64,000 bases of DNA from a virus, in the IMG/VR virus record IMGVR_UViG_3300031088_000734, one strand, 5' to 3'. Shown one piece after another: positions 40,013 through 49,787 of the stretch. Positions within the stretch are counted from its first letter, which is position 1. Each line of letters begins with the position of its first letter. Made by a program: the position numbers and the translations under genes. The notes beneath the pieces were generated by a model, which was not told the DNA's origin, made no database searches, and saw only the letters and a list, made by a program, of their open reading frames with translations.

Positions 40013-40591
40013 ATGACCAGTCTTGATCTCGTTTTGAAAAATATGATCCTGTCTGCACCTCATATTTATCCAACAACTTGGCAATGTTATGCGTCGATTT
40101 TTCTAGACGTTAGATCCGGGTTTGTTTTTTCAAATTCAGAAATTGAATGTCCTTTTGTAGTCAGCGATTCCCCGGTTATCAATGAACAACATCTTGAAGC
40201 CTACAAAGCTTTGGCTGTTAATCCAAAAGGCCAGCTTGACTACGAAATGAAAGTATTTATGACAAATTTTATCAAAGAAAATATTGATATGATTGTTAAA
40301 ACGAAATGCGTCTATGTAGAATACCTTAAGCCTTCTCGGGACGATTTAGCCCTGTTGAATGATCAGTCACCTATTTGGTTAATTGATGACACCTATACTG
40401 CTGATGTGATTAAAGCGGCTCTCGATGTGTTGAAAGAAATGAAACATGTGTTGTGGAATTTTCATGGCATTCATCATTCACCTTCTCGACCGATTGATCG
40501 TGCAGCTTGGAAAGAAATGTGTTATCATGCGGCTTATGTTAAAGTCTCTGAACGACTTGAATTCCTTCAACCAAAAAGGACGCTCGCCTAA
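40013..40591 (+). CDS. hypothetical protein
   Basis: start moved to ATG 40013 after GAGG; N-terminus weakly resembles next gene. Confidence 0.75.
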   Translation: MTSLDLVLKNMILSAPHIYPTTWQCYASIFLDVRSGFVFSNSEIECPFVVSDSPVINEQHLEAYKALAVNPKGQLDYEMKVFMTNFIKENIDMIVKTKCVYVEYLKPSRDDLALLNDQSPIWLIDDTYTADVIKAALDVLKEMKHVLWNFHGIHHSPSRPIDRAAWKEMCYHAAYVKVSERLEFLQPKRTLA

Positions 40592-41175
40592 TGAAAGCCA
40601 TTACAGTCATTGAAGCCATTATTGCTCAATACAACCTTTCATTCTCCACTCGTTGGCGAGTATTGGAACACCTTTTTCTGGTGAATGGTAATGGTTGCCA
40701 TTGGTTGAAAGATGGATCTTTGGATTCAGACATTTCAAATTATAAAGAAGGCGTGATGGGTGAAAACAAAATGATTCAATCATTGAATCAATCAATTGAA
40801 CTGGTTAAGGACTATAATATTCCAGCTTTTACTGACGCTTATCATTTGCAAATTAAGTTTGAACAAGGTTTTGATCAGTTCAAACAGAAAAATTTCAAAG
40901 AAATTGCCGCTAACCAATTCTTTTTCTTTGATAGTCAAATCCCTACTTTTAAAGATCTGTCTCGGGCGACCTTCAACCATCTGTTCTATGAAGTCCCTGA
41001 CAATGTTCAACCCGACTGGAAAGCTTTGATTGTGGAAACAGCCTGTATTGTTCAAAAGGGGATTAAAGATACTTATTTTGTTTCTGGTGCTCTTACTTCC
41101 CCGGATTCATGGACTAATCAAGAAGCTTTTGGTGTTTACATGGCGGCTGAGAATCAGCTAAAATCTTTAAAATGA
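40591..41175 (+). CDS. hypothetical protein
   Basis: 194-aa ORF, TAATG coupling. Confidence 0.75.
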   Translation: MKAITVIEAIIAQYNLSFSTRWRVLEHLFLVNGNGCHWLKDGSLDSDISNYKEGVMGENKMIQSLNQSIELVKDYNIPAFTDAYHLQIKFEQGFDQFKQKNFKEIAANQFFFFDSQIPTFKDLSRATFNHLFYEVPDNVQPDWKALIVETACIVQKGIKDTYFVSGALTSPDSWTNQEAFGVYMAAENQLKSLK

Positions 41176-41243
41176 CTTGATCCACTATTGATTTTTCGTC
41201 CTACTATGTTATAATAGCCTTCTTAATTAGGGAGGTCACTGTC

Positions 41244-41735
41244 ATGTCGAACAATCATGAAATCGAAAATCTTGAAGCTAAAATTTTCACGACCTTACGC
41301 CGTAATGGAAACTATGCGATTCCTAAAAATGCGGTGAACATTTACGCACCTATCCTTTCATTGCTTACCAAGATGAGCGAAGAGGGGCTGGTTGTTCAAA
41401 GTGAATCTCCTAACAAATTCATTTTCACGGCTACCGAAAAAATGTCGCCTACTATTGTTGTTCGTGGCGTGACTGCAGACAAAGTTCGCACTGGATATCA
41501 CCTTTGCCGACAAAAAAATAATGATGTGGTTTCCAAAGTGAATGCTCGAAATCTTGAAGTCTATACCAAAGATGTAGACTTTCTGGGGGTTGTTTGCTCC
41601 GTAGAAACAAAAGAGGTTCCCGCTAATTTTTGGGAAATGCTGACCTTCAGAAAAAACAGTGTTAAAACCGTGATTAAGTTCAAATACAAAACGCTGGTGG
41701 TGTCGCCTGACACTGAATTGATGAAAGTTCGTTAA
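41244..41735 (+). CDS. hypothetical protein
   Basis: 163-aa ORF, GGAGGT RBS. Confidence 0.75.
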   Translation: MSNNHEIENLEAKIFTTLRRNGNYAIPKNAVNIYAPILSLLTKMSEEGLVVQSESPNKFIFTATEKMSPTIVVRGVTADKVRTGYHLCRQKNNDVVSKVNARNLEVYTKDVDFLGVVCSVETKEVPANFWEMLTFRKNSVKTVIKFKYKTLVVSPDTELMKVR

Positions 41736-41848
41736 TCGTCCACTTATCAGCTAACCGTCTAGAACAAAACTAACAGGCACTTCGGTGCTTGTTTTTTTTT
41801 GAAAGTCGATCTATACTATTATACTGTTTTAATTTATGGAGGTTGCCA

Positions 41849-42169
41849 TTGTTTAAATTTGCTGTTTTGTTGAGTTTCACTGCTTTCCTTGCTGGTTGTG
41901 GTGGTGATACTGTAATTAGCCAAAATCCTCGTGAATTTATTGTTTTGGAATATGATAAACCTTATGGATTTAGCGTTACGCTTGAAGACGTGATTACTCA
42001 TGAGATCTATAAGGATGTGCCTGTTTCCACATCATGTGACGACTACCCAAAATTGAAAATTGATTCAATCTGGTCATTCCCTGTCACTACCTATGTTGAT
42101 AACTCTGGTAAATCCTATTCCGTGGTTGACGCCAGTGATTTGTGCGACAAATTAGAAAAAATGCTGTAA
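41849..42169 (+). CDS. lipoprotein
   Basis: TTG start after GGAGG; lipobox LAGC. Confidence 0.7.
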   Translation: MFKFAVLLSFTAFLAGCGGDTVISQNPREFIVLEYDKPYGFSVTLEDVITHEIYKDVPVSTSCDDYPKLKIDSIWSFPVTTYVDNSGKSYSVVDASDLCDKLEKML

Positions 42170-42215
42170 AAACTTTTCAATTTCTGTTATACTTAGGCAT
42201 TCTTCATGATAAAGG

Positions 42216-42899
42216 ATGTCTATTATGACTTCGCTTAATGCATTACTGTTTTCTATCTCAAATCTTAAAACACGTTTTAATCGTGAGAACCTTTCCGAAT
42301 TCATTCCATCTTGTTTTATATACCAGTCGGTATGTATTATAATCATGGCTTTGGCTTTTATTTATGGAATCAGCACTGATAATCGACAAATCATTGTATT
42401 CAGTTCCTTTAATGGCATTTCTTCAATCCTGCTATTCGGATTGGTGTTGTGGATGAACACCATTAAAACACTCCCTGATCGCTATTATAGTTGGTCTACT
42501 GTCATCAATTATTTGGGTGCGTTGGTTGCCATTCCTTATCTGGTGTTTATTGAACGTGAAGCGGGCAATATTGTCTCGATGCTCTTCTTTTTCATCAATA
42601 TTTTCAACTTTTGTGTACTTCTGCATATTTTGAATTTTCGGACTAACCATCACCATAGTTGGAATGCTCTTCGTCAAGTCACCAAATTGAAAAAAGGTTT
42701 TAAATTCAAACTGACTATGGGGTTACGCCTCCATATGATTATGCCTATTGGTTTAATCAGTATTCATTTTGAAAGCATTACTATCAATCATGTCGATTAT
42801 GATTTGTATTATCTCACACAACATTTCAAAGAATATGATCTTGACTTGTCGTCAGTTACTGATGCTGATTTGAAGCTTTGGGAAATGATTAAATATTGA
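42216..42899 (+). CDS. membrane protein, tandem paralog 1 of 3, Met(-4) motif
   Basis: four TM helices, PDRYYSxWS, soluble tail ending LKLWEMIKY. Confidence 0.8.
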   Translation: MSIMTSLNALLFSISNLKTRFNRENLSEFIPSCFIYQSVCIIIMALAFIYGISTDNRQIIVFSSFNGISSILLFGLVLWMNTIKTLPDRYYSWSTVINYLGALVAIPYLVFIEREAGNIVSMLFFFINIFNFCVLLHILNFRTNHHHSWNALRQVTKLKKGFKFKLTMGLRLHMIMPIGLISIHFESITINHVDYDLYYLTQHFKEYDLDLSSVTDADLKLWEMIKY

Positions 42900-42916
42900 T
42901 TAACTTCAGGTGACTT

Positions 42917-43585
42917 ATGAATAATACTTTATTGTTCGCACAACGTATGATTGTCGCTTATGCCACAGGATTTATTGGTATCCTATGTTCTATTCTTATC
43001 GCTGCCTTGCAGATAACAAAGACATCTAATACCAGTGATGTGCTATTGCTTTGTTTGGCTTGTGGCTTTGCAGTTGCTGTTTTTGTAATGTATCTGGATG
43101 GCCGTCCAGTGCTTAAACATATTCATTATTATTCAAAATACACCATGTTGAATTATGTGTTTAGCTTATATGTTGTAGCTCATTCAGTTTTCATGAGTGG
43201 TTCAAACCAATTATTTATATTATTGCCTGCCATGTTGCTAAGTTTTTTCAATATTTTCTTGTTTTCTAAGATCCATCATGGTCTTTCTGAGCATTTGGTT
43301 ATTCCAGAACTTCAACGATTGTATAGGCTGTTGCCAGAAATAAATAATGTTAATATTGATTTTGATTATACTTTTTTAAGAAAAACAGACCTTCTGATCT
43401 TTGAAAGACGATTTTTTAAAATCATGACAACAATGGGCGAGTTACTTTTTGATGGCCGTCATATTTATCTTAATGGTGAGCAATATGAAGTCGATGCCTT
43501 TGTGGCTGGATTTAAGGCTTGTGCGATTGATATCAACAGTTCAACACCAGAAGATGCTGTTGTTATGCAAATGTATTGTGTATAA
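42917..43585 (+). CDS. membrane protein, tandem paralog 2 of 3, Met(-4) motif
   Basis: four TM helices; tail ending VVMQMYCV. Confidence 0.8.
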   Translation: MNNTLLFAQRMIVAYATGFIGILCSILIAALQITKTSNTSDVLLLCLACGFAVAVFVMYLDGRPVLKHIHYYSKYTMLNYVFSLYVVAHSVFMSGSNQLFILLPAMLLSFFNIFLFSKIHHGLSEHLVIPELQRLYRLLPEINNVNIDFDYTFLRKTDLLIFERRFFKIMTTMGELLFDGRHIYLNGEQYEVDAFVAGFKACAIDINSSTPEDAVVMQMYCV

Positions 43586-43663
43586 TTTCAGCTAAACAGG
43601 TCATTTTTAGCTGTCTTATTTTCTTTCAATAGTGTATAATCAACATCTATTTGAATCAACGCC

Positions 43664-44368
43664 ATGAGGTGTTTTATGAAAGCATTACAGTATTTGAAAC
43701 AAATCACCCCCTTGTTTATTATGCGTCAATACAACTTGTCTGCATTTATTGTATTGTTGTGTTCTTGTTTTGGCATGTATCTCACCATGTCACATATGGA
43801 ACTGGGTGGCAATAAGTTTTTTATCATTGTGGGTGGTGTGACCTTAGTTACGCTGGGGTTCTCATTTACGCTTCACGCGATGAATTACTTTGCTATGCCT
43901 CCTGACCGATTCTACTCAGACTGGTCTTTGATGAATTATATTTTGGCTGGCGTTGTGTTATTGACCACGCTCACCATGCCAGAAGAAAGTCTTATTAACT
44001 ATTTGATTATTTTTTCTATTGCTATTCTCAACTTGTGTCTGTTTATGTCGAGTATGCAATTTAGAAGCACCCATTCAACCGAAATCAACAAAATGCGAAA
44101 GTTGTTCCCTGATGAAAAACAATTCAAGTTTGATTTTGACTTTGTTTTTGCCCGAGATTTCAAGGGTGTTGTCAATAAGAAAAAAGTCAACTTTGGTCTT
44201 TGTCTCTTAACCAACTCAGGTAAGATTGTTTTGGCGGGTGATCATTTTTATTTTGATGACAAACCTTATTCTGCTGAAAAGCTGGCAATCGACCTTAAAG
44301 AATGTGAGTTGAGCTTTAATAAGGCCAGCAAAGATGATTTGAAGGTTGTTGAAATGGCGACTTATTAA
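43664..44368 (+). CDS. membrane protein, tandem paralog 3 of 3, Met(-4) motif
   Basis: PPDRFYSDWS; tail ending LKVVEMATY. Confidence 0.8.
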   Translation: MRCFMKALQYLKQITPLFIMRQYNLSAFIVLLCSCFGMYLTMSHMELGGNKFFIIVGGVTLVTLGFSFTLHAMNYFAMPPDRFYSDWSLMNYILAGVVLLTTLTMPEESLINYLIIFSIAILNLCLFMSSMQFRSTHSTEINKMRKLFPDEKQFKFDFDFVFARDFKGVVNKKKVNFGLCLLTNSGKIVLAGDHFYFDDKPYSAEKLAIDLKECELSFNKASKDDLKVVEMATY

Positions 44369-44425
44369 TTCGCTATCTTTATTGAGCCATTTACGGTATA
44401 ATCAAGAAAACTTGGAGAGCTTCAC

Positions 44426-44935
44426 ATGTCGGATAAACCTGTTAAAATTGTTCCTTACGTTCCACACTATGCCCGTGGTGGTAATGAAGTGTTGATGGAA
44501 CAAGAACGTACTTTCTATGACCGTAGCGGCAACCATGCTCTGGTTACTAGTGTGGTTTATCGTGACAAGAAAGGTGGCATTCATCAAGAAGACATTCGTG
44601 TTAAATGGCTTAATATTAAACCAGCCGTTAAGGTTGAGAAGCCCAAGGTAACAGTTGAACGTGTTTACATCAGCTTGATGGTGTGCAGTAACGGATTGTT
44701 CTTTTATACCACACTGCAGATGTCTGATGGTCGCCGTGAAACGCCATCGCATAGTAAAGAGCTTTACCGTGCCCTTTACGACATTGCAACATGGGCCAAC
44801 ACCTTTGATATTGAACCCGATGTTTACTTGTCAAATGAATATGTTTCCGAAACTGATGTGCAAGCTGCTTACAAAGAAATTAAACGGATGGTTGAACGAC
44901 TTAAAATGTCTCGCAATCAAAAAAGTTACTTTTAA
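44426..44935 (+). CDS. hypothetical protein
   Basis: 169-aa ORF, GGAG RBS. Confidence 0.75.
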   Translation: MSDKPVKIVPYVPHYARGGNEVLMEQERTFYDRSGNHALVTSVVYRDKKGGIHQEDIRVKWLNIKPAVKVEKPKVTVERVYISLMVCSNGLFFYTTLQMSDGRRETPSHSKELYRALYDIATWANTFDIEPDVYLSNEYVSETDVQAAYKEIKRMVERLKMSRNQKSYF

Positions 44936-44949
44936 TTGAGGTTTTAATT

Positions 44950-45228
44950 ATGTCAAAAATCAACGGGTTTATGGAATGGTTTAAAATGTCGTATCCTACT
45001 CGCAATGTGGAAACGCTTCGTCGTCGGGCATCTGGATTGACGATTCGATTGAGTGATTACGCTCAGAATAATTATGGCACTGATTCTGCTGACCGCATGG
45101 AGAGTGTTGTAAAAACCAGTTGGAGTGTACTTACTGGGATGAATCTTATTCCAGAAAAAGACAAGGTGTTTCATTTGAAAGGTCTTATCAAACAGTTGAA
45201 GAGAAACACTAAGATGAATGGTTGCTGA
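44950..45228 (+). CDS. small helical protein, paralog of 45231
   Basis: NVETLR...; ends IKQLKRNTKMNGC. Confidence 0.7.
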   Translation: MSKINGFMEWFKMSYPTRNVETLRRRASGLTIRLSDYAQNNYGTDSADRMESVVKTSWSVLTGMNLIPEKDKVFHLKGLIKQLKRNTKMNGC

Positions 45229-45230
45229 TT

Positions 45231-45494
45231 ATGTTTCAATCTTTGTTGAAATATTTTAAAGCATCCAACAACGTCGAAGATCTTCGTGCAGAAGCGATAC
45301 GCCTTATTGGAGAGATTGAGTCGCGTTTGTACTCTCAGGAAACACGCGAAGGTTATCTAAACTCCATGAAGACGTTAAAAACATCAAGAGAAATGATGCA
45401 AATTCTTAACGAATCCAGTGAAGAACAACAAGTTATTTTCTTGAAAAAGATGATCAAACGGCTGAAACCGATTAGTAAAATGAAAAGGTGTTGA
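45231..45494 (+). CDS. small helical protein, paralog of 44950
   Basis: NVEDLR...; ends IKRLKPISKMKRC. Confidence 0.7.
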   Translation: MFQSLLKYFKASNNVEDLRAEAIRLIGEIESRLYSQETREGYLNSMKTLKTSREMMQILNESSEEQQVIFLKKMIKRLKPISKMKRC

Positions 45495-45581
45495 TGCTTA
45501 TTAAAGTGTTTGCATTTTTTCATTGTTTCTGTTATTATCAGTCATCACGTTGTACTATTTGACAGCATAAAGGAACCTTCT

Positions 45582-46112
45582 ATGAAACAACCAGAATTAA
45601 CAAAATTAAAGATTCTCATTGAGGTATTGAAAGATAAACATAATGATTATTACGAAAAGTACAGTGATCATGATTTTCTAGCACATGTCGATGAAGATGA
45701 TAATTCTGATAGTATTGCTTATTTGATGGAGCATGTACGAAAACTTAAAGTAAGTGATAAGCAATATCCATCTTATTTACAACATTGTTATGCTATTTTT
45801 AATCAATTACAAGGATCTATTCGGTCGGATCTTGAAACAGCTAAACTGACTTATTTTGATCTTATTTATCAAAGCCTTACTGACACGTCTTCACTTCGTT
45901 TATTTCTTGTTGAATCTTCCGTTCATCAACCTGAAAAACTGGATGAATTATATAATGTCATTAAGCAAGATAAAAATGAAAAGTTTGCTGATGTTATTCT
46001 TGGAGTTATTGACAATTGTAAGGACTTTGAAGAGGACCGACAACGTAAATTGTCCAACATTAATTCACACTTTAAATATTTCAATAAGTGTTTTAAGGAT
46101 TTGAAAAAATGA
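45582..46112 (+). CDS. hypothetical protein
   Basis: start moved to ATG 45582 after AAGGA. Confidence 0.7.
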   Translation: MKQPELTKLKILIEVLKDKHNDYYEKYSDHDFLAHVDEDDNSDSIAYLMEHVRKLKVSDKQYPSYLQHCYAIFNQLQGSIRSDLETAKLTYFDLIYQSLTDTSSLRLFLVESSVHQPEKLDELYNVIKQDKNEKFADVILGVIDNCKDFEEDRQRKLSNINSHFKYFNKCFKDLKK

Positions 46113-46247
46113 ACCAAATCGCCCGTATCCCTTTATGGTTAAGACGATTAGGTAATAGTCCGGTGGCTACCTCGCCAGTAATGGCTTAATAGACGACTGA
46201 TTGGTGTCGGCAAATCCGGTAAGATGGTGTAAGACTATCAAAGAAAG

Positions 46248-46269
46248 AAGACCTTCGGGTCTTTTTTTT
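46248..46269 (+). terminator. intrinsic terminator
   Basis: AAGACC-TTCG-GGTCTT plus T-run. Confidence 0.85.
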
Positions 46270-46285
46270 ATTCTTTTTGCGTTAC

Positions 46286-47471
46286 CAAATCTTATTAAAA
46301 AGAATGCCCCTTGATTCATCTATGGGGATGAATTTTTATGCTTAAATTATTGACTTTATAGATAATTTATTGTAAGATTCCCAAAATGGATAACCTAACG
46401 ACTATTAAAACTCTAAAGCTTAGAGTTAAAGACAAATATAAAGGCGTTCTTTGCCAGATGGCGAAGAACGTTAACTTTGTTTGGAACTTCGTTAATGAAA
46501 TCAGCACTCGCTCAATTGTCGAGCGTGACAAATTCCTTTCCGCTAGAGATCTTCAAAAATACACCGATGGTTCTTCGAAACTAATCAACTTGCATAGTCA
46601 AACTATTCAAGGAATTTGTGACGAATATGCGACTCGTAGAATTCAATTCAAAAAAAGAAAATTAAAATGGAGAAAATCGGTAGGTTCTAAACGATCTCTT
46701 GGTTGGGTTCCTTTTAAGAGTGGTGCTGTTTCTTATAAAAATGGTCAAATTCATTTTAATAAACATCATTTCTCTATTTGGGACAGTTACGGACTGTCCC
46801 AATATAAATTCAAAAGTGGTTCTTTTAATGAAGATGCTCGTGGTAGATGGTACTTCAACGTGGCGGTTGAAGTTCCAAGAACATTATCTTCAAGTCAAGG
46901 TAGTGTAGGGATTGATCTTGGATTTAAAGAATCGGCTGTTTGCAGTGACGGTTTTAAAACAGAAAGAAATCGGATTTATCGTTCTTATGAAAAGAAATTA
47001 GCCATTGCTCAACGTTCTAACAACAAAGTTAGAACGAGAGCTATTCACGCTAAAATTGCTAATATTCGAAAAGATACACTCCATAAATTCACAAATCATT
47101 TGGTCAAAAACTACAGTGAAATTTATGTAGGTGATTTGAGCATTAAAAAAATGCTCAAAGCTAAAAGAGGAAAGTCTACGTTAGATGCCGCTCACGGCAT
47201 GATAAGAAGTATGCTGGTCTATAAATGCGATAACGCAGGCATACATCACAATGTGAATGTAGACGAAAAAAACACTACCCGCACCTGTCATTCGTGTAAG
47301 TCCTTAACAGGACCGAAAGGATTAGATGGGCTGCGAATAAGAGTATGGACTTGTTGTGTGTGTGGTGACACACACAACCGGGATGAAAATTCCGCTAAGA
47401 ATATACTCGAGGTCGGACATGGCCTTCTAGCAGTAGGAATCCCCTTGCTTTAGCTATGGGGTGGATGTCAA
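46286..47471 (+). mobile_element. IS200/IS605-family non-autonomous element (tnpB only, IS608-like ends)
   Basis: TTAC at 46282-46285 precedes left end with CCCCTTGATTCATCTATGGGG hairpin; right end GAATCCCCTTGCTTTAGCTATGGGGTGGATGTCAA terminates in TCAA, as in IS608; no tnpA inside. Confidence 0.9.
46386..47453 (+). CDS. tnpB: TnpB RNA-guided endonuclease with rearranged RuvC-II
   Basis: RuvC-I GIDLG, VGDL in place of VEDL, VDEKNTTRTC, CxxC...CxxC zinc finger, RuvC-III NRDENSAKNI. Confidence 0.92.
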   Translation: MDNLTTIKTLKLRVKDKYKGVLCQMAKNVNFVWNFVNEISTRSIVERDKFLSARDLQKYTDGSSKLINLHSQTIQGICDEYATRRIQFKKRKLKWRKSVGSKRSLGWVPFKSGAVSYKNGQIHFNKHHFSIWDSYGLSQYKFKSGSFNEDARGRWYFNVAVEVPRTLSSSQGSVGIDLGFKESAVCSDGFKTERNRIYRSYEKKLAIAQRSNNKVRTRAIHAKIANIRKDTLHKFTNHLVKNYSEIYVGDLSIKKMLKAKRGKSTLDAAHGMIRSMLVYKCDNAGIHHNVNVDEKNTTRTCHSCKSLTGPKGLDGLRIRVWTCCVCGDTHNRDENSAKNILEVGHGLLAVGIPLL

Positions 47472-47497
47472 AATTAAGTAATAACTATTATAACGAT

Positions 47498-48343
47498 ATG
47501 AAAAATTATTTAAAAACATCACTGGCTTTGTCTGTTTGCTTAGCCTCTTTGATCGCTCATGCTGATTACCAAGTTAACTATTTTCTTGATAAGAAAGACA
47601 TCAACTTTACCAATACTCCTGTTGTTGGAGAGTGGCTATCAACCACACCATCTTACAGCGATTGGACATATGTGGGTGACTATTTCGACTGTCAGTCAGC
47701 CTTGCCAACCATTGAAACACAAGATGAAGGCGTTCAGTTTACACAAACGCTATCAGATTGTTCCAGAAATAGAACACGCTCTGTTCAACAACGAGAGCAA
47801 AACGATCAAACACATGCCTACCGAGATGTTGGTAATCCTGTTGATGAAAATGAAGACGAAAAAAACTTATCATATACACAACAATTAACAGGAACCAATC
47901 CATCTTTCACACTTAATTTTGGAGCTGGTCGATATACAACAACTGGTAACACATTGGTGGGTTCTTATGCCCGAACAAATTCTGGCATATCTATTGGTTC
48001 TACCATATTGAATGAAAATGGTGCTAGAGTACTCTTGTACTTTACTTCTTTTGCTCAATATCCTTCACTTCAAACATGTATGCTCAGGTATGGAATTACT
48101 TCAACAACTGGTTGGACACCGGGCGGCATAACGCCACCTACTGCCTATGATGATGTTCAAAAATATAATTATATTGATCTCTATAATGGAAGTACATTAT
48201 ACAAACGTTACAGCCTTTCAGGTTCAACTATAAACTCAGCAGAGACTGGTTATTACCGAGATATTTCAGTTTCTTGCTCTGATATGGTTTCATTCTACAA
48301 CAACACTTCATTTTTCAGTAAAGCTGTTTTTCGTAAAAACTGA
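47498..48343 (+). CDS. exported protein with Cys/Trp-rich extracellular-type module
   Basis: signal peptide ending AHA-DYQV; W...YSDW...DC...FTQT..DC.R.RTR; start moved out of the IS right end. Confidence 0.75.
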   Translation: MKNYLKTSLALSVCLASLIAHADYQVNYFLDKKDINFTNTPVVGEWLSTTPSYSDWTYVGDYFDCQSALPTIETQDEGVQFTQTLSDCSRNRTRSVQQREQNDQTHAYRDVGNPVDENEDEKNLSYTQQLTGTNPSFTLNFGAGRYTTTGNTLVGSYARTNSGISIGSTILNENGARVLLYFTSFAQYPSLQTCMLRYGITSTTGWTPGGITPPTAYDDVQKYNYIDLYNGSTLYKRYSLSGSTINSAETGYYRDISVSCSDMVSFYNNTSFFSKAVFRKN

Positions 48344-48399
48344 TTAAATTTTGAACAAAAAAAAGACCTTCTAAAAGGTCTTTTTAGTTAACAATAACT

Positions 48400-48981
48400 T
48401 TATTGCTTTTGGAACTTATCCCATTCTTCTTTAATGGTTTCCGAATCAACAAATACTGCTAGGTTTTCATAGACCACATCATTAATCTTGATATTGCGAT
48501 CTCGACCCACTGACATACCTAGAATAGCTAACTTGTCTTCAGAGTATACTGGGCCACCTGACATACCACCAATCGTTCGGGAATCACTAATCGCATAACG
48601 ACCATCTTTAAATTCAACTTCGTCTTGAATGAACTTACCACGCAGTTCAACAGTCAGACCGTTGTCTTTTGGCCCTACATGAATCACTTCTTCATCGGCT
48701 TTTGGATTTCGCCATTCAATGGCTGGATTGAACTTGTCGTTAGGTTTATTCTTGAAGAACACCAGATCAACGGTATCACTGACATACGCAGGATCTTCTG
48801 GGTATTTGTTATGCTTTGCGGTTACGGCATATTCTTCATTCCACTGAATAAAGCTAGCTGTAATCACTTCAGGGTTTTTGTTATTGACAATCATTTCGTA
48901 GTTGCTATTGGGAGCATGACTTGAACACGCTGATATAATTGCAGCCAAAGCTAATGAACACATCATTTTAAACATTTTCAA
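48400..48981 (-). CDS. trypsin-like serine protease lipoprotein
   Basis: lipobox ISAC, TAKH, VDL, GMSGGPV. Confidence 0.85.
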   Translation of the reverse strand: MKMFKMMCSLALAAIISACSSHAPNSNYEMIVNNKNPEVITASFIQWNEEYAVTAKHNKYPEDPAYVSDTVDLVFFKNKPNDKFNPAIEWRNPKADEEVIHVGPKDNGLTVELRGKFIQDEVEFKDGRYAISDSRTIGGMSGGPVYSEDKLAILGMSVGRDRNIKINDVVYENLAVFVDSETIKEEWDKFQKQ

Positions 48982-49050
48982 TGGTATTACTCCTTTATTA
49001 AATTTCGCAGATTATACAGTTATTTTGATTAATTATCAATATCAATCTTA

Positions 49051-49638
49051 TTATTTCTTATTAGTATTTTGAAATTTGTCCCATTCTTGTTCAATTTTCG
49101 AACTTTCAATAAACAACGCAATATCAGGATAGATCACTCCATTGATTTTTGCATTGTTAGCCTTGGCTACGGACATACCCAGAATGGATTGTTTGTCTTC
49201 GGAATAAACAGGGCCACCCGACATCCCTTTGATAATGGCTGCACTGCTAACAGAGTAAGCTGCACCTTCATACAGAATTTCTTGATTAATCGAAGTGCCA
49301 TGTCGTGTCAGTGTCCGATCACCAGAACTAGAACCTACATGTGTTACAGGTTCCTCAATTGATGGATTACGCCACTGAATGTTGGAGTTGAATCCTTTGT
49401 CAGCCGGATGTTTAAAGAAGGCCAGATCATATGTCTCACTTACATAGTCAGGATTTTTTGGATACAGGTTGTGCTTTGCGGTTACAGCATATTCGCTGTT
49501 CCATTGAATATAGCTGGCACTAATCACTTTTCCATCTTGCAGGTCAGTGATTTTTTTGTAATTGCTGTTAGGGGGAGAACTACAAGCAGCTACCAGTACA
49601 ACACACGCCATCACCACAATCATTTTCAGCATTTTCAT
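49051..49638 (-). CDS. trypsin-like serine protease lipoprotein, tandem paralog
   Basis: lipobox VAAC, TAKH, YDL, GMSGGPV. Confidence 0.85.
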   Translation of the reverse strand: MKMLKMIVVMACVVLVAACSSPPNSNYKKITDLQDGKVISASYIQWNSEYAVTAKHNLYPKNPDYVSETYDLAFFKHPADKGFNSNIQWRNPSIEEPVTHVGSSSGDRTLTRHGTSINQEILYEGAAYSVSSAAIIKGMSGGPVYSEDKQSILGMSVAKANNAKINGVIYPDIALFIESSKIEQEWDKFQNTNKK

Positions 49639-49787
49639 GAATAACTGTCTCCGTTTAAATTTGCATTATTATAGTATAAATTGAGTAAAAACACAAGGTT
49701 AATGTGCTTTCGCTCTTTAATATGGCGATGTTTTCATAAATGATTATTATTATCAACAAGTTATGCCTGTATGAAAGCAAAAACACA

